Assembly: GCA_003344405.1 (NCBI GenBank)
Contig: NOWV01000001.1
Location: 496,001 to 560,000 of the forward strand
Direction of reading: 5' to 3'
DNA length: 64,000 nucleotides
From: Trichoplax sp. H2
Taxonomy: Eukaryota
The translations under genes were made by a program, and so were the position numbers. Within the stretch, counting starts at the first letter, position 1. Every line of letters begins with the position of its first letter. Positions 19,349 through 32,300 of the stretch are shown one piece after another. Below the pieces are notes generated by a model. The model ran no database searches. It saw only the letters and a list, made by a program, of their open reading frames with translations, and had not been told where the DNA came from.

Positions 19349-20515
19349 TAGCCAGGAAAGATGACATCAACATCAATCAGAAATAACAATATGCGTAGAA
19401 GACAGTGAATAATGTGAAATCAGCTTTAAATCCTGGCTATTACTGCAATGTATATATATATATATATGTGTATGTGTACTGTACATATGTATTACATGTT
19501 AATTAACATTGATTTGTAGTTTTGCTACTGTATCAAATCAAAGCAATTATGTATAATTAATGAATGAAATACTGTACGCGCAGTATATGTATGTTCATCG
19601 TACTGTGGTATTACAAGGATTTTACTGTTATACAGTAAAAGGTATACCACATTTTAGGTATGATAATTGTTATTGTGACTATTATGTGAATATGACAATA
19701 GCAAACTATACCTCAAACCGAAAATTGCAAAATAGTTATATAATTATTGAAACTGTAAGTCAAGATTCAACTTTTTTTATATGTAATATATTCTCGTATT
19801 ACGAAGCACTAACATGTTATCTACGGTAATAATCTACATCTTATTTAGTTAGTACTAAATACAGTGTAAGTCTTAGAGATGATATGGCCATCGTTATCTT
19901 AAATAAATATTACTCGTATATTGATAGAATAGACGTAGATAGCCTTTTACCTTTAATGCTGGATGTTGGCACAAACTAAGCGGTAATCAAAAAGAAGCTG
20001 TAATTGGATTGACGAGATGTACTGTGTCTATGCAACTATTTTACGGTCCAAAGAATGCAGTATACGGGTGTAATAAATAGAGTTATTTATTATTGGAATG
20101 TGCTAATATAAAAGTTTCTTAATTATATTTATGGATCATGATTATGAGTTAGTGAATGGGTGGAAAATGTCAATGCAGAGAGCAGAAAAAGACCCTAACT
20201 AAAAATTCCTACACCTGATCGAACTGAAATATTACTTATTTATGGTGCATATACGTAAAATGTAACCATTTTGCATCAATTACTTTGTACACTATCAGTA
20301 GGGCAGCTTAATTAAACGAAGTATCCAAATTAATTTATGCCAAATGGCTAGGGCTAATATACACTGTACATTGTACAGTATAGCAGCGGAAGGTCATGAT
20401 GTAGTACGAGTACAGTATATACGAACGAAAGTGTGCAAAAATAAACTGTCGCGTCCTTTACCTTCTCCTCTTCAGTAGCGCATAGAAAGGTAGGAGCAAA
20501 GCGATGAAAATGACT

Positions 20516-21322
20516 ACAGTTTATTTTACATCCATACTGGTTAGTTTTATAAAGGTGCAGTGCTAAATTACCTGCTACTAGGTAACTAGACTGTACACTA
20601 AGTACTTTATTATTCTTTTAACCCTTTATATCCATATTCCAGTGGTTTATGAGTATACTGTCATTAACAGATACAGGATGGTACAATGAATAGTAAGTAC
20701 AAAAAACCCAGAAAAAGGACGACAGTTTATTGTACATCCATAACTGGTTAATTTTATAAAGGTGCAGTGCTAAATTACCTGCTACTAGGTAACTAGACTG
20801 TACACTAAGTACTTTATTATTCTTTTAACCCTTTCTATCCATATTCCAGTGGTTCATGAGTCTACTGTCATTAACAGATACAGGATGGTACAATGAATAG
20901 TAAGTACAAAAAACCCAAAAAAGGACGACAGTTTATTGTACATCCATACTGGTTAATTTTATAAAGGTGCAGTGCTAAATTACCTGCTACTAGGTAACTA
21001 GACTGTACACTAAGTACTTTATTATTCTTTTAACCCTTTACATCCACATTCCAGTAGTTTATGAGTCTACTGTCATTAACAGATACAGGATGGTACAATG
21101 AATAGTAAGTACAAAAAACCCAGAAAAAGGACGACAGTTTATTGTACATCCATAACTGGTTAATTTTATAAAGGTGCAGTGCTAAATTACCTGCTACTAG
21201 GTAACTAGACTGTACACTAAGTACTTTATTATTCTTTTTTTAACCCTTTATATCCATATTACAGTAGTTTATGAGTATGCTGTCATTAACAGGTACAGGA
21301 TGGTACAATGAATAGTAAGTAC
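20516..21322. repeat. Tandem repeat, 4 x about 205 bp, upstream of the glutaredoxin coding exon
   Basis: Unit acagtttattgtacatccatactggttaattttataaaggtgcagtgctaaattacctgctactaggtaactagactgtacactaag...aatagtaagtac, highly similar copies near 20516, 20722, 20927 and 21133. Confidence 0.93.
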
Positions 21323-21536
21323 TGTTCTATTCTCCATAACGTAGTATAATTAATTCAATTTTGATACATCGTCACTACATACTGTATCATCAACATCAGT
21401 ATAAATTAATTAATAAATAAAAAAATGTTAATTACGGTTTCATACACTACTATCCTGTCTTGTATACTGTATTGCAATATCTAGGCAACACAATGAGAAC
21501 ATTATGTGTTGGTAATATATCAATTAACTTAAATAG

Positions 21537-24500
21537 ATGCATTTATGCATATCATCATTGTCGTCATCAACTACTAGTTTACTGATGCCATCGCCGACTC
21601 TAGACTATTTAACATTAATAATATTTTCCTTGATAACAGCTTTTACACTATCGATTTTATGCTCAGTTTTGAATCGAAAAAAGAAGATGTATAACCTAAC
21701 GAATATGAAAGGTCGTGTTACCATCTACTCTACCACTGGTTGCCCACATTGCAAGCATGCTAAAAGTGCCCTTAACGAGTTGGGAATTCCCTTTGTAGAT
21801 GTTAACTTAGATAACTATCCGCAAGCAAGGAAAGAAATGGAAGAGAAAACCAATCGACGTACTGTACCTCAAATCTTTTTTAATAATATCCACGTCGGTG
21901 GTAACGATGAATTTTCTAAATTGGTGAGCAATCATTTAGCTAGATGCCCCTTATAGCCCTAGTATAGTAGTAGGCGTAATATTGAGGCGATTTTCACATG
22001 CCTTTGCGCTTGTAAATGGTTCTCTTTTTAGACTATAGTCGTACAGCTTACGATTTGTACCACCATGATTGAGCAAATTTACACCACATCACTATGATTT
22101 AGAAAATTGAAAATTTACTTTTTCTGAATAGTTAAATGCAATCGTTGTTGGAATTGTTTAAAAAAACTACTGTACCAGAGCCCTGCCATTGCTACATTTT
22201 CTTTGCCCTGACCTACCCTTGCCGAAGTGAACTGTACTGAATAAGAATCATTTAAAGTATCTAGTTACTGCTTACTCAGAGTAAAGTACAGCACAGTAGT
22301 TCTGGCCAACTTATGGCAGTAATCGCTATTTCTTTAGTGATACCATACTGTTGATAAATCTATAAAATCATACTGTATACTGTACTCGTAAAGCAGACGT
22401 AAGCCAAAACTAAAATATATCAATGATTAATTACAAATTTCAGTACCCAGTAAATAGTAATTGGATTGTTGATCATTCCTCAAAGACGTGTTGATGAAAA
22501 CTACATTTTTAAATTAGTTCTATCGGTAGTCACTGCTCTTATTTGGTGTGCGTACATTTTTTTACTGGCTCCAGCATGTCTTCAGATACGGTACAGTAAA
22601 GAGACTTCTAGGGTAAAATTCGGGACTGGAAGTAGCTCTTCAGTGCAATAAATGCAGTTGCGTATTCTTCCCAATATACACGTACAGTATATAAGTATAT
22701 GATTATAAAATATGGATAGTGGTTTCGTTAGCAGAAATAGGCCAAATAGCTGCCTTGTATCATTAGATGGCAATTTTAAAATATACGTTATTGTATTATA
22801 CTATGCAGTATCTAACTGGCATACAGCAGGTAGCAATTTGCATAAAGAAAACAAATTTATTTCAAAATGGTGGATTTCTCAATGCTTAATCGGTAATCGA
22901 TGAGTCAGGCCAGCTATTTCGTCAATCATCTCTTGAAAGAATTTTAAGACTAGTAGTCCCTGATCTTGCAGTCCACATTTAGTTTAGTCTTACTGATCTT
23001 ACGTATTCTACGATGTGGTATCGGAATGACAATCATCGTATTTCTTGACCTACAGTACGTATCATTTTTTAATCAATAATATCTCAATCTGCAGTACTGT
23101 ACACTACACCTCTTGCACTTGAAACTTGGATGCGAAGTTCCTTGGTATCAATTATTTATTTCATTTCTTGATAATCTGCCAATACTTAAAGATAATCTTG
23201 CTCGCATTAGTCAATACTGTCAACAGCATCTCATTAATTTTTCGAGGGTACTTATGGATGATAGTAAGAGTCTACTCGTATTAAATTGTATTATGTTCTA
23301 ACTATGAGAAATCTATTTGATCTCTCTGCTTACACCCGGTAGATTACTAAAATACAGTACCTATAGTCAATTTGATTTTGATTAATTAATTCATGTACAG
23401 GAGAAAGACCGATTGCAAGAATTAGTGAATGAGGTAACAAATAATGAACCTCCCGCAGATGCTCCCCAAATACCGGATCCCTCGACTGCCGTACAAAGTA
23501 AGTTAACCTTAATGAGGAATTTCAGTTATTACAGCGTATAGTAAGTCTATTCTAGCTCTTAGGAGAAACAAATACGAGTATGCAGTTGACCTCAATTTTT
23601 TAAAGTATCATGATTTAGTTGCTGATTTTGCAAAATTTCTGCTCATGATGCTGCATGGATTTGTCGCTTGTGTAGTATCAGATGGCACTAAAACTGGTGG
23701 CTAATATTTACCCATATATCCTACAGTACTGTACATTGTATAATAAAGTACAGTACATGTTATTATCATATTCCCGTATATTACATTAATCAAGAAGTTT
23801 TCATCCATTTTGGTTAATGAACATGAAAAATAATTGTATTGAAAATGGCTCATTAATAAATAAGTGAACCATGCATGACCGAATTCACTCTGCCTGTACT
23901 GTACTAAGTTAAAAGCGAGTGAGATATTCATGGCGATAATATTGCACTACTGCATATTGCAAACACTATAGGTGATGTACGGTTTTGTACACATAATCTG
24001 TCTGTAGAAGGTTGTAACGCTCGAAAATAAAATACGCATTTACATAAGTAAAATCCAAAGAATATTCTCGTAACGGCGGAGGTAAAGACTAATATCGCTG
24101 ACCTTGGCATGGATACTTTTAATTATAGGTGATGTCAGCAGTGACATAAAGTGTGAACCTGATGAATATGCTGTTTTAGCGAAAGCCCTCCGCGAGAGTG
24201 GTCTTGTCTCAAATCACAGGAAAAATTTAAAGTGGCATAAAAAAACTATCATTGGTAGTGAGGCGACGGAATGGCTAGCCAAACATAAGAATATAGGTAG
24301 TGTAAATACATCTTTACTATTATGATAAATTTCTGGTAATGACCCGCTGTCCCTATGTCATGGTTAGATTTCAGAAATCATGATAATATACAAAACTTAT
24401 ATGCTTAAAGTTAAACATTTTATTACCTACTAGATATTGATGAAGCCTTAAAGCTTGGACAAGAGTTAATTGATCGTTACTTCCTCCATCCCATTCACGG

Positions 24501-25936
24501 AGATAGAAAATTTGAAAATGGTAGTTCTTATTATAGATTCTTGGAAGATGATGACGATAAAGCTTTAAATATGGAATTTACTTCCGAGTGCGAGCCAAGA
24601 TCAGGTTAGTTGCTTGTGATAATTCAATAAATTCGTTACTACACAAAAATTGATGACCATGTACTTTAATATGTATAGCTTCCGAAGTAGGAGAAGATTT
24701 AAGACGTCTAATTTTGAAAACATATAGCAAATATTTATCGAATGATGGCAAGGTAATACTATACTCAACACTGCTGATAGTACACTTGTACGTACATCCC
24801 GCAATATCCCGTCTAGAATTTACATACGGAATGCAATAATATACATTACTGAACTAAGACTATTATATTCTTTAGAAAATTGACTACAAAGGCATTGCAG
24901 AAAGCCAAGAATTTCAAGAATATAGACGAGCTGCTGCAGAATTGCAACGTGTTAACGTTGCAACTTTAAGTAAAGAAGAAAAGCTAGCATTCTTTATTAA
25001 TATTTACAATGCTCTAATCGTACATGCTAATATTACCGTTGGCCCACCAGTAACAGTATGGCAACGTTATCGCGTACGTCTTCATTAACCTTTAATGACT
25101 TATGCAACCTGCTGCTTAATTGCCGTTAAATTTAAATATACTGTATTTCAGTACTTCAATACGGTCAGCTACAAGATTGGCGGTTATAATTACACGCTGA
25201 ATGAAATCGAAAATGGCCTGCTGCGGGGTAACCGAAAAGCGGTGGGATCCTTTAGGAAACCATTCTCTAAAGATGATCCTCGTCTTCCAATAGCACTTAC
25301 GGAGCTAGACTCGCGAGTACACTTTGCTCTCGTTTGCGGAGCCCGTAGTTGTCCCCCTGTCAAAACTTATTCATCTAAGGTCATTACTATTAATGTAGCA
25401 TAATTATGCTGCGTATTGACTTATGTATTGAATAGATCTTCTATCAAGAGGAGGTTCACAACTTGTATGTGACGAAGTTTGGTTTTTAATATAACTCATA
25501 CTAGTTTGGATCTATTGTGTTTAGGAGATTTATGAGCAGCTTCAATCCGCCGGTGAAGCATTTCTCGAAGGCGATGAAGCTTTACAAATTGGCGAAAAGG
25601 AAGTAAGTACAAGAGAAATTAAGTGTATATTTGTAGTTAGCGCATTATTTCACCAATGGGTCATTAATGGGGAAAAGTCAAACGTAGTAGTAGGTTATTT
25701 ACCTGTCTGATGTTAACGACCAAAATGGGCTTTCTATTCTATTTTAGGTCAAAGTTAGTGAAATATTCAAGTGGTATCGGGTTGATTTTGGTACTACAGA
25801 TGAGCAGGTAATCCAACGGATATTTGAACATACGGGACCTGGTAGCAAACGCAACAAGTTACAGACTCTACTTGAGAACAAATCTAGCGTAAAGCTTTCG
25901 TATCTCCCATACAATTGGGATCTAAATTCAAATTAA
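21537..25936 (+). CDS. Glutaredoxin-DEP-DUF547 multidomain protein (class IV glutaredoxin-like), 9 coding exons; start codon uncertain
   Basis: Grx: YSTTGCPHC...TVPQIFFNNIHVGG. DEP: KTIIGSEATEWL...ALKLGQELIDRYFLHPI...YYRF. DUF547: EKLAFFINIYNAL, TLNEIENGLLRGN, RVHFALVCGARSCPPV, SEIFKWYRVDFG, YNWDLN*. Exons join in frame. Confidence 0.88.
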
Positions 25937-27490
25937 CTCTAATGCTTACCGCCCTTTTAATCAGGTTTATTTCATTAAATGTTTTTTGTACCTATACGAC
26001 TTGATGTAATAATTTCAGAATGTAACCTAAAGGGAATCTCCGTATGTAAATTATTTTGACATACCGTGACTGATATCGAGTATCTACCTATATTCATGGA
26101 AGTAATTTAAGAGGATAGGCTTGCTTAACGGCTTGTGGATTCTATAGACATACAGTATCTGGAGTTGCGATAACTATACGAGTAGTATAGGTATAAATAT
26201 TTTCGCTATAAATAAACGATAAATACGGTATATACAATTAATAAGCCTTGTTAGCGAAAATGACGTAATAATGTAGCTATTATTCTCCAAATTTGCATGT
26301 GCTATGAGTATTGACGGATTTTAGTATATTTATAGCATAAATTGGAGCAGTGTAGTCTGATAGAATAGCGATAAAGCCCCTGTCTACGTTGGAGCGTGGC
26401 ATCTAAAGAAGGACTACTAAATCTTAAATTTTCAGGATGAAATAGAATACTCCAGATTAATTTTTTATAAGCTGTGCAGTAGTAAACCATCATCTGTATC
26501 AGTATAAATAGTATGGGTTGTGTAACTTAAATGCTTTTATTTGCTATGTCGTATCTTATAACATTGTTTTAATAAATGAACTATAGCTTAAGAATGGTGC
26601 TGAAATGCTATGGAGGTGTATACCGTAATTCGTATCTATCTTTACCGTTGGTGATTCAACTTTAGCAGAAGCCCTTGCACTTTTATTAGCAGCTAACAAA
26701 AGTTTTGGAATCTTAGTAATTCTTTAAATAAGGATCTAAAAAATTTTATTAATCCGTGATATATACATGGTAGATTATTCATATTAAGAATGGACTATCG
26801 CAGCCGTCAGCATTTAGTCAAGGGGAGTAAAGTTTTATGGCTTAGCATCTAGGTTTAGCCGTGGCTTAACGTGCTTTTCATAGAGTGACTGAGGTTTTAG
26901 CCATTAAAATGACTCTCCAAGACATCGAGGCTAAGTGTCTACAGAATACGTACTAGTTTTTGCTATTTTCAATGCTTTTTAACGAGTCATTTAAGAGCTG
27001 GAAGCTAAAACGTTATCCATTTGAATGTTAAATATTTCTTATTTATTAATTAATAAGCAAGATGATTGCAGTCATACAGTGAAATAACATAAAAAATTTT
27101 ATGTACAGCATCATAATTAAAATGTTTACGTTAATACTCTGTATTTACTGTATGTACATTGTGAAACAGCCATGATACGTATATAAACGCAGGTATGGTT
27201 GTCATAAGCGCATAAGGCATAACCGTCAAAATTAGATTTCTTCCTGGGTATATATTGTAAGAGTGGGGAGTTGAGGCATAGAGTTCATGCGTGAGTAAGT
27301 TTATATGTGTATGTTCCATTGAAATCTTTGATAAATATAGGTCCAATCTCTATAGATATATCGCTTAACTATTAGTAAGAAATTGTCATATGCCAATACG
27401 GTCTTTGCGAGCATAGCAACAGTGTATCATCAATGGCTATCTTCAGGGGTTTTCGCGTAGGACAGTTAAGATTGCACAATCGTATAAATT

Positions 27491-27896
27491 TTAGGTTATA
27501 TCAGCGTCACGATTTCTCTTTCTTTCTTTCAATTTGGCAAGCTCCTGTTCTAGGGCATCTATTATCTGCTTCTAAAATATTCAAAATCGATTGCTGTGAA
27601 ATTCAAAATATGACTTATCCATATTTTCGGTATTTCAAGTGTGTACGAGTAATGATGTTAGGTAAACAGTTGAAATAAATCGGTGCAGGAATGATACGTC
27701 CGTATACTCGTATCATGTTCAACGATTACCGAGGTTATGAAATTAATGGAGCTGTCATTTCATTCAATAGTTCAAATACCTTTTCTTTAGTTTCGATGCG
27801 AGACTGGAAGTAATAGCCCACAGCACCACCCAAAAATCCACCGATGCAAATTGCGAAGAAATTACCAGTTTTAGTGCCTGATGCTACGAGTTTCAT
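27491..27896 (-). CDS. 65-aa single-pass membrane microprotein; exons 27896-27780 and 27571-27491
   Basis: gccATGa start; MKLVASGTKTGNFFAICIGGFLGGAVGYYFQSRIETKEK|KQIIDALEQELAKLKERKRNRDADIT*; AAG|gtattt donor and ttttag| acceptor in phase 0. Confidence 0.6.
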
Positions 27897-28402
27897 GGCA
27901 ATCAGGTGGTATTCAACAAGACTTTGTAAAAGCTGAAGGCAAGTGTACATTGAGTTAATTTCCAATTCGCAACAACTAATACACCAAGTGTACTTATCAC
28001 TCTCAGTGAGTCGATATTCTAGTAGATGCATCGATATTGTACTTACCGTATTTAATGGAGACGTCAAAATTGGGAATGTATTATAGTGTAGCTAGAGATC
28101 CATTGCTGGAGATCTTGTCAGCCATAGAAAGTGCAGAGACGCCTTGGATCAATGAATAATATGGCGCTTTCTTTCCCAGTACTGTACAGTAGTGTACAGT
28201 CAGTTAGTACTGCATATACTGTACACTTGTACAGTAGGGCAGTCACTGCAGGCATTCGGTACTGTAAGCGTGTACTGTATGAAGTCAGCACTAAGCCCCG
28301 GCTGACATCATGGCCCATGGACATGAGATCGTTTGGGAGTACTGTACACTGTACACTGTGCACTGTACACTGTACACTGTACAATACACCCTTTACAGTA
28401 CG

Positions 28403-29077
28403 TATAATAAACCCCATTGTCACCCCCTGAGTACAGTAGAGTAGGTAGAGTAGAGTAGAGTAGAGTACAGTACAAACCAAACTCACTACAGTACTTTACA
28501 CTGTACAGTGTACAGTACAGTACAAGCTTTCGGGGGGTGACAAAATTGGGTTTGTACAGTACAAACCCAATTGTCACCCCCTGAGTAGAGTAGAGTACAG
28601 CAGAGTACTGTAGAGTACTGTACATGTACAGTACAGTACTGTAGAAGAGTAGAGTAGAGTAGAATAGAGTACAGAAGAGTACAGTACAGTACTGTACAGT
28701 ACAGTACTGTAGAGTAACAGTACAGTACTGTAGAGTACAGTACAAACCAAACTCGCTACAGTACATACTTTCAGGGGGTGATTTTCGGATCGGATTTCGG
28801 ATTTTATGTAGCACTTTCAATCGGATTAAATGTTTAGTCGTAGTGGGGTTACAATACACTACCCCTGAGTAGAGTACAGTACAGTACAGTAGAGTACAGT
28901 ACAGTACAAACCAAACTCGCTACAGTACATACTTTCAGGGGGTGACAATTGGGTTTGTACAGTATAAACCCAATTGTCACCCCCTGAGAAGAGTAGAGTA
29001 GAGTAGAGTACAGTACAGTACAGTACAAACCAAACTCGCTACAGTACATACTTTCAGGGGTGACAATTGGGTTTGTA
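28403..29077. mobile_element. Tandem array of about four non-coding units with ~25-bp terminal inverted repeats (MITE-like)
   Basis: Left end tacaaacccaattgtcaccccctga, right end tcagggggtgacaattgggtttgta; interior is TAGAG/TACAG microsatellite plus caaaccaaactcgctacagtacatact. Mobility is not demonstrated. Confidence 0.5.
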
Positions 29078-29394
29078 AGGGTTGTACAGATAACTGGAAC
29101 GAAAAGCCGTATGGGTTGAAGCTTTCGCTTTTTTTTCTCTTGCCATACTGTATCAGATCTGGTACGGATGCAACAGCAACCGCTATAGGCCACAGTGTAT
29201 CAGTTAGACCTGCCGTCAGTAGCCACAATGGTGGATAGGATTGCATCCGTAGCAGAACCAAGGCCCACCGTCACTGGCGTACTACGCTTGCGCGAAGGAC
29301 AGGAAATCAACCGATTACAGTACTGTACTTGCGATCCGTGGCGTTGGAGTTGGATATTTGATGCCTTGTTGAAAATCGACAATCGACCATTTTG

Positions 29395-32300
29395 ATGGCA
29401 ACTCGGGCAGAAAGGGATAAGAAAAAGCAAAATGAACAGCACCATCGAATATTAACGGACTTGTTACGCGAACAGTGCAATAAAATATGCGCTGATTGTG
29501 AAGCGAAAGGTAAAAAAACAGATCTATTTTTATACATGGAGTTGTGCTAATGGATAGACATACGCGCACTATAGACTGAGGTGCAACTTGTATAGTAGAG
29601 TGACTGGCTTCTCCTCGCTGATACAGACTGTAGTTCAACTGCTAGCCGTCAAGTTGGAATGATTCAGTGAAATATTGCATATCGAAATAAGTGTAAATTA
29701 TACAAGAATCAACCATCCTAGACATTATTCCACATTGCTGGATACTTTGGTTGATCCTAGTCAATGATCGTAGCATCTATTTATGTCAAGATAGCAATGC
29801 AGGAGTAGTTTTACACTGAAAATAAACTGTCCATCCTTTCTGACTTGGAGAACAGTACCAGTACTCGCGTCATACCAATGTATCATACGAGTGGATAGCC
29901 TAATGAATTATAGACGCACAGTAGACTGTATATAACCATTTATGAACAAATGGTTTTTAGAATGATCAAGTTAATCGCAATTTTCATCTCTACAACTTTA
30001 GTTAATGTACAGTTGATCTTTTCATTGACCATTTAACCGTCCTTTCGTACAACACTTCCTCAGTGGATTTGTCTGATTTTTGAACTTACTGCTGTTATAA
30101 TGACTGTAAGCATTGACTGTATACGACTTGGCGTCAATATCATAGCCCTATATGGACTTGACGATACTTTCGATACATTCTGACAAAGTGGATCGTTTTT
30201 ACTTTCTTAAAATTGCTCGAAGAAACTTGATTCATCTACTGATGACGATGAGTCAAAAGTCAAGGCTCAAAACTGTGAATGATTGCTTGTTCAATCTTAA
30301 GCTGAATGAATTTCCCATGATAGTACAGAATGTTACACCGTGTACGTATGGTACGACCACCATAGAGTTTACCGTAGGATCGCTCTGATCGAGATCGATT
30401 GGCAGGTGTCACAATCTTGCGCTTTTTCGGACTAGCTAATCAATGGATGAAATCAATTTATTGTCGGTTAAAATTGACTATAGAATTGGTATCGACCAAT
30501 GTAGTCCATGGATTAGCTCGACTACAGTACATTATTAGTAATTGATCATGGATCGATCGATTATAAACATCATGACAAGTACAGTAAAATAGAAACTTGT
30601 CGAGAAGGAGTATAGGCTGTGAACAACATCCTTCCAGTTCAAGAATCATCCAATCTAACACTGCATTGCGGTGGACGATTACCACTGTACGCGTATGCAT
30701 TTCTTTCATAAGTATCGTTCGTTTGTTTTTGTTTTACACGAATAGAAAGATACGATACTGCAGCCATGGTACAGCGTAATACGTGTGCAAGCTAGAAGAG
30801 TGTAGTACTAGCTAGTATCTACTACAGTGATACTAATGTACATCTATCGACGTGTACAAGCTTGAAAAATTGAGCAGATAGTCTGCATAATTCGTTTACT
30901 CGATAACACCAAGGCTATCTCAAATAGTGGATAATTCTTTATTTTTAAAGTAATGATTCTTACTTATAGCAGGATCAAGCAGAGCACTCATATCTTACTA
31001 TTGTAATTAACATTACATAAATGAATTACAATCCTTTCAAAAAGTGCTAACGATGTGAAATTCGAGGAATAATAGAAATATGATGAAACTTGGTAAAATG
31101 CATCGTCATGCATTCATCTAGGAATAGTTCCTATCTATAGCAAATGTATTAGTGTTTGGTTAATGTTAACAGCCTTTATAATACACCATCAAAAAACATC
31201 GTGTTGGTGTTGTACGCAATACTTGTAGTTCTGCGAATGTACAGAATTATAATAGCTACGTTATTCTTCAACTAAGACTCATTTATACTTTGCTACTAAT
31301 TATAACTGACTCACGTGACAAAATAACCCAAGAAAATATTTCTCGTACGCGTAAAGTATACTACGAAGATACGGTCAATAATAACAGAATGGTTAAGGAA
31401 ATAATGATTAAAATATCGGCTGATTAATAATTACTTGTACGAATAATATAATGAATGAATTAATTCAGTTATGATAACTAGTCAATGTAAATTTCCAGCA
31501 ATTTATTCCTTATATACAGTAGTGTATGTCAAGACGACTGTTGATTGTCAGTTTAAGACGATAGTAAAGTGTAGATTAACTACCTAAATTAAACATTGTA
31601 CTAATTAACTAATAAGTAACTATAGTTTACGTTATTTTTAAAACGATTCTGATTAAAAATTGATACATTGTTTAATTAGGTCCAAGATGGGCGTCGTGGA
31701 ATATTGGTGCTTTCATATGTATCCGTTGTGCCGGTATTCATCGTAACCTCGGTGTTCATATTAGCAAGGTGAAATCGGTAAACTTAGATTCATGGACTTC
31801 AGAGCAAGTTGCTGTAAGTAGAAAAATTTAGAATATTTTATCACCGCACCTAAAGAGGCTTCTATATTTTTATAATTAACCTACTTACTTTGTTCATCGA
31901 AATTTTTAGAATGTAGTTATCTCGTAGTAATAATCTATTTCCTATTTGTTATTATAATACAATATTGAATGAGTGTGATATTCTTACTGGCCATTATCAT
32001 TCCTAAAATTTCAATTTAGCAGTCTTAAGTATAGAGACAGTTATGCCTAAAACGCAATATTTTAAAGTTGAAATGTTAGATAGGCTTACTACAGTACTTT
32101 GTGGCAATATAAATTGTAGTGATTTTCATGGCTAGATCATTCATATTGTCTTCTAACATTTCCCCATACATACATTGTATAGAATATGGTAGAATGGGGT
32201 AACAGGCGTGTCAACAGATACTACGAAGCGAATATACCGTCTACGTTCACCCGGCCTTCATCAGACCAGTTGCGTATTATTGTTAATTTTATTTATCAAT

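Noticed and set aside
30152-30779. Short ORFs in SMAP intron 1
   Set aside because: No motifs or consistent splice signals; lengths are compatible with chance.
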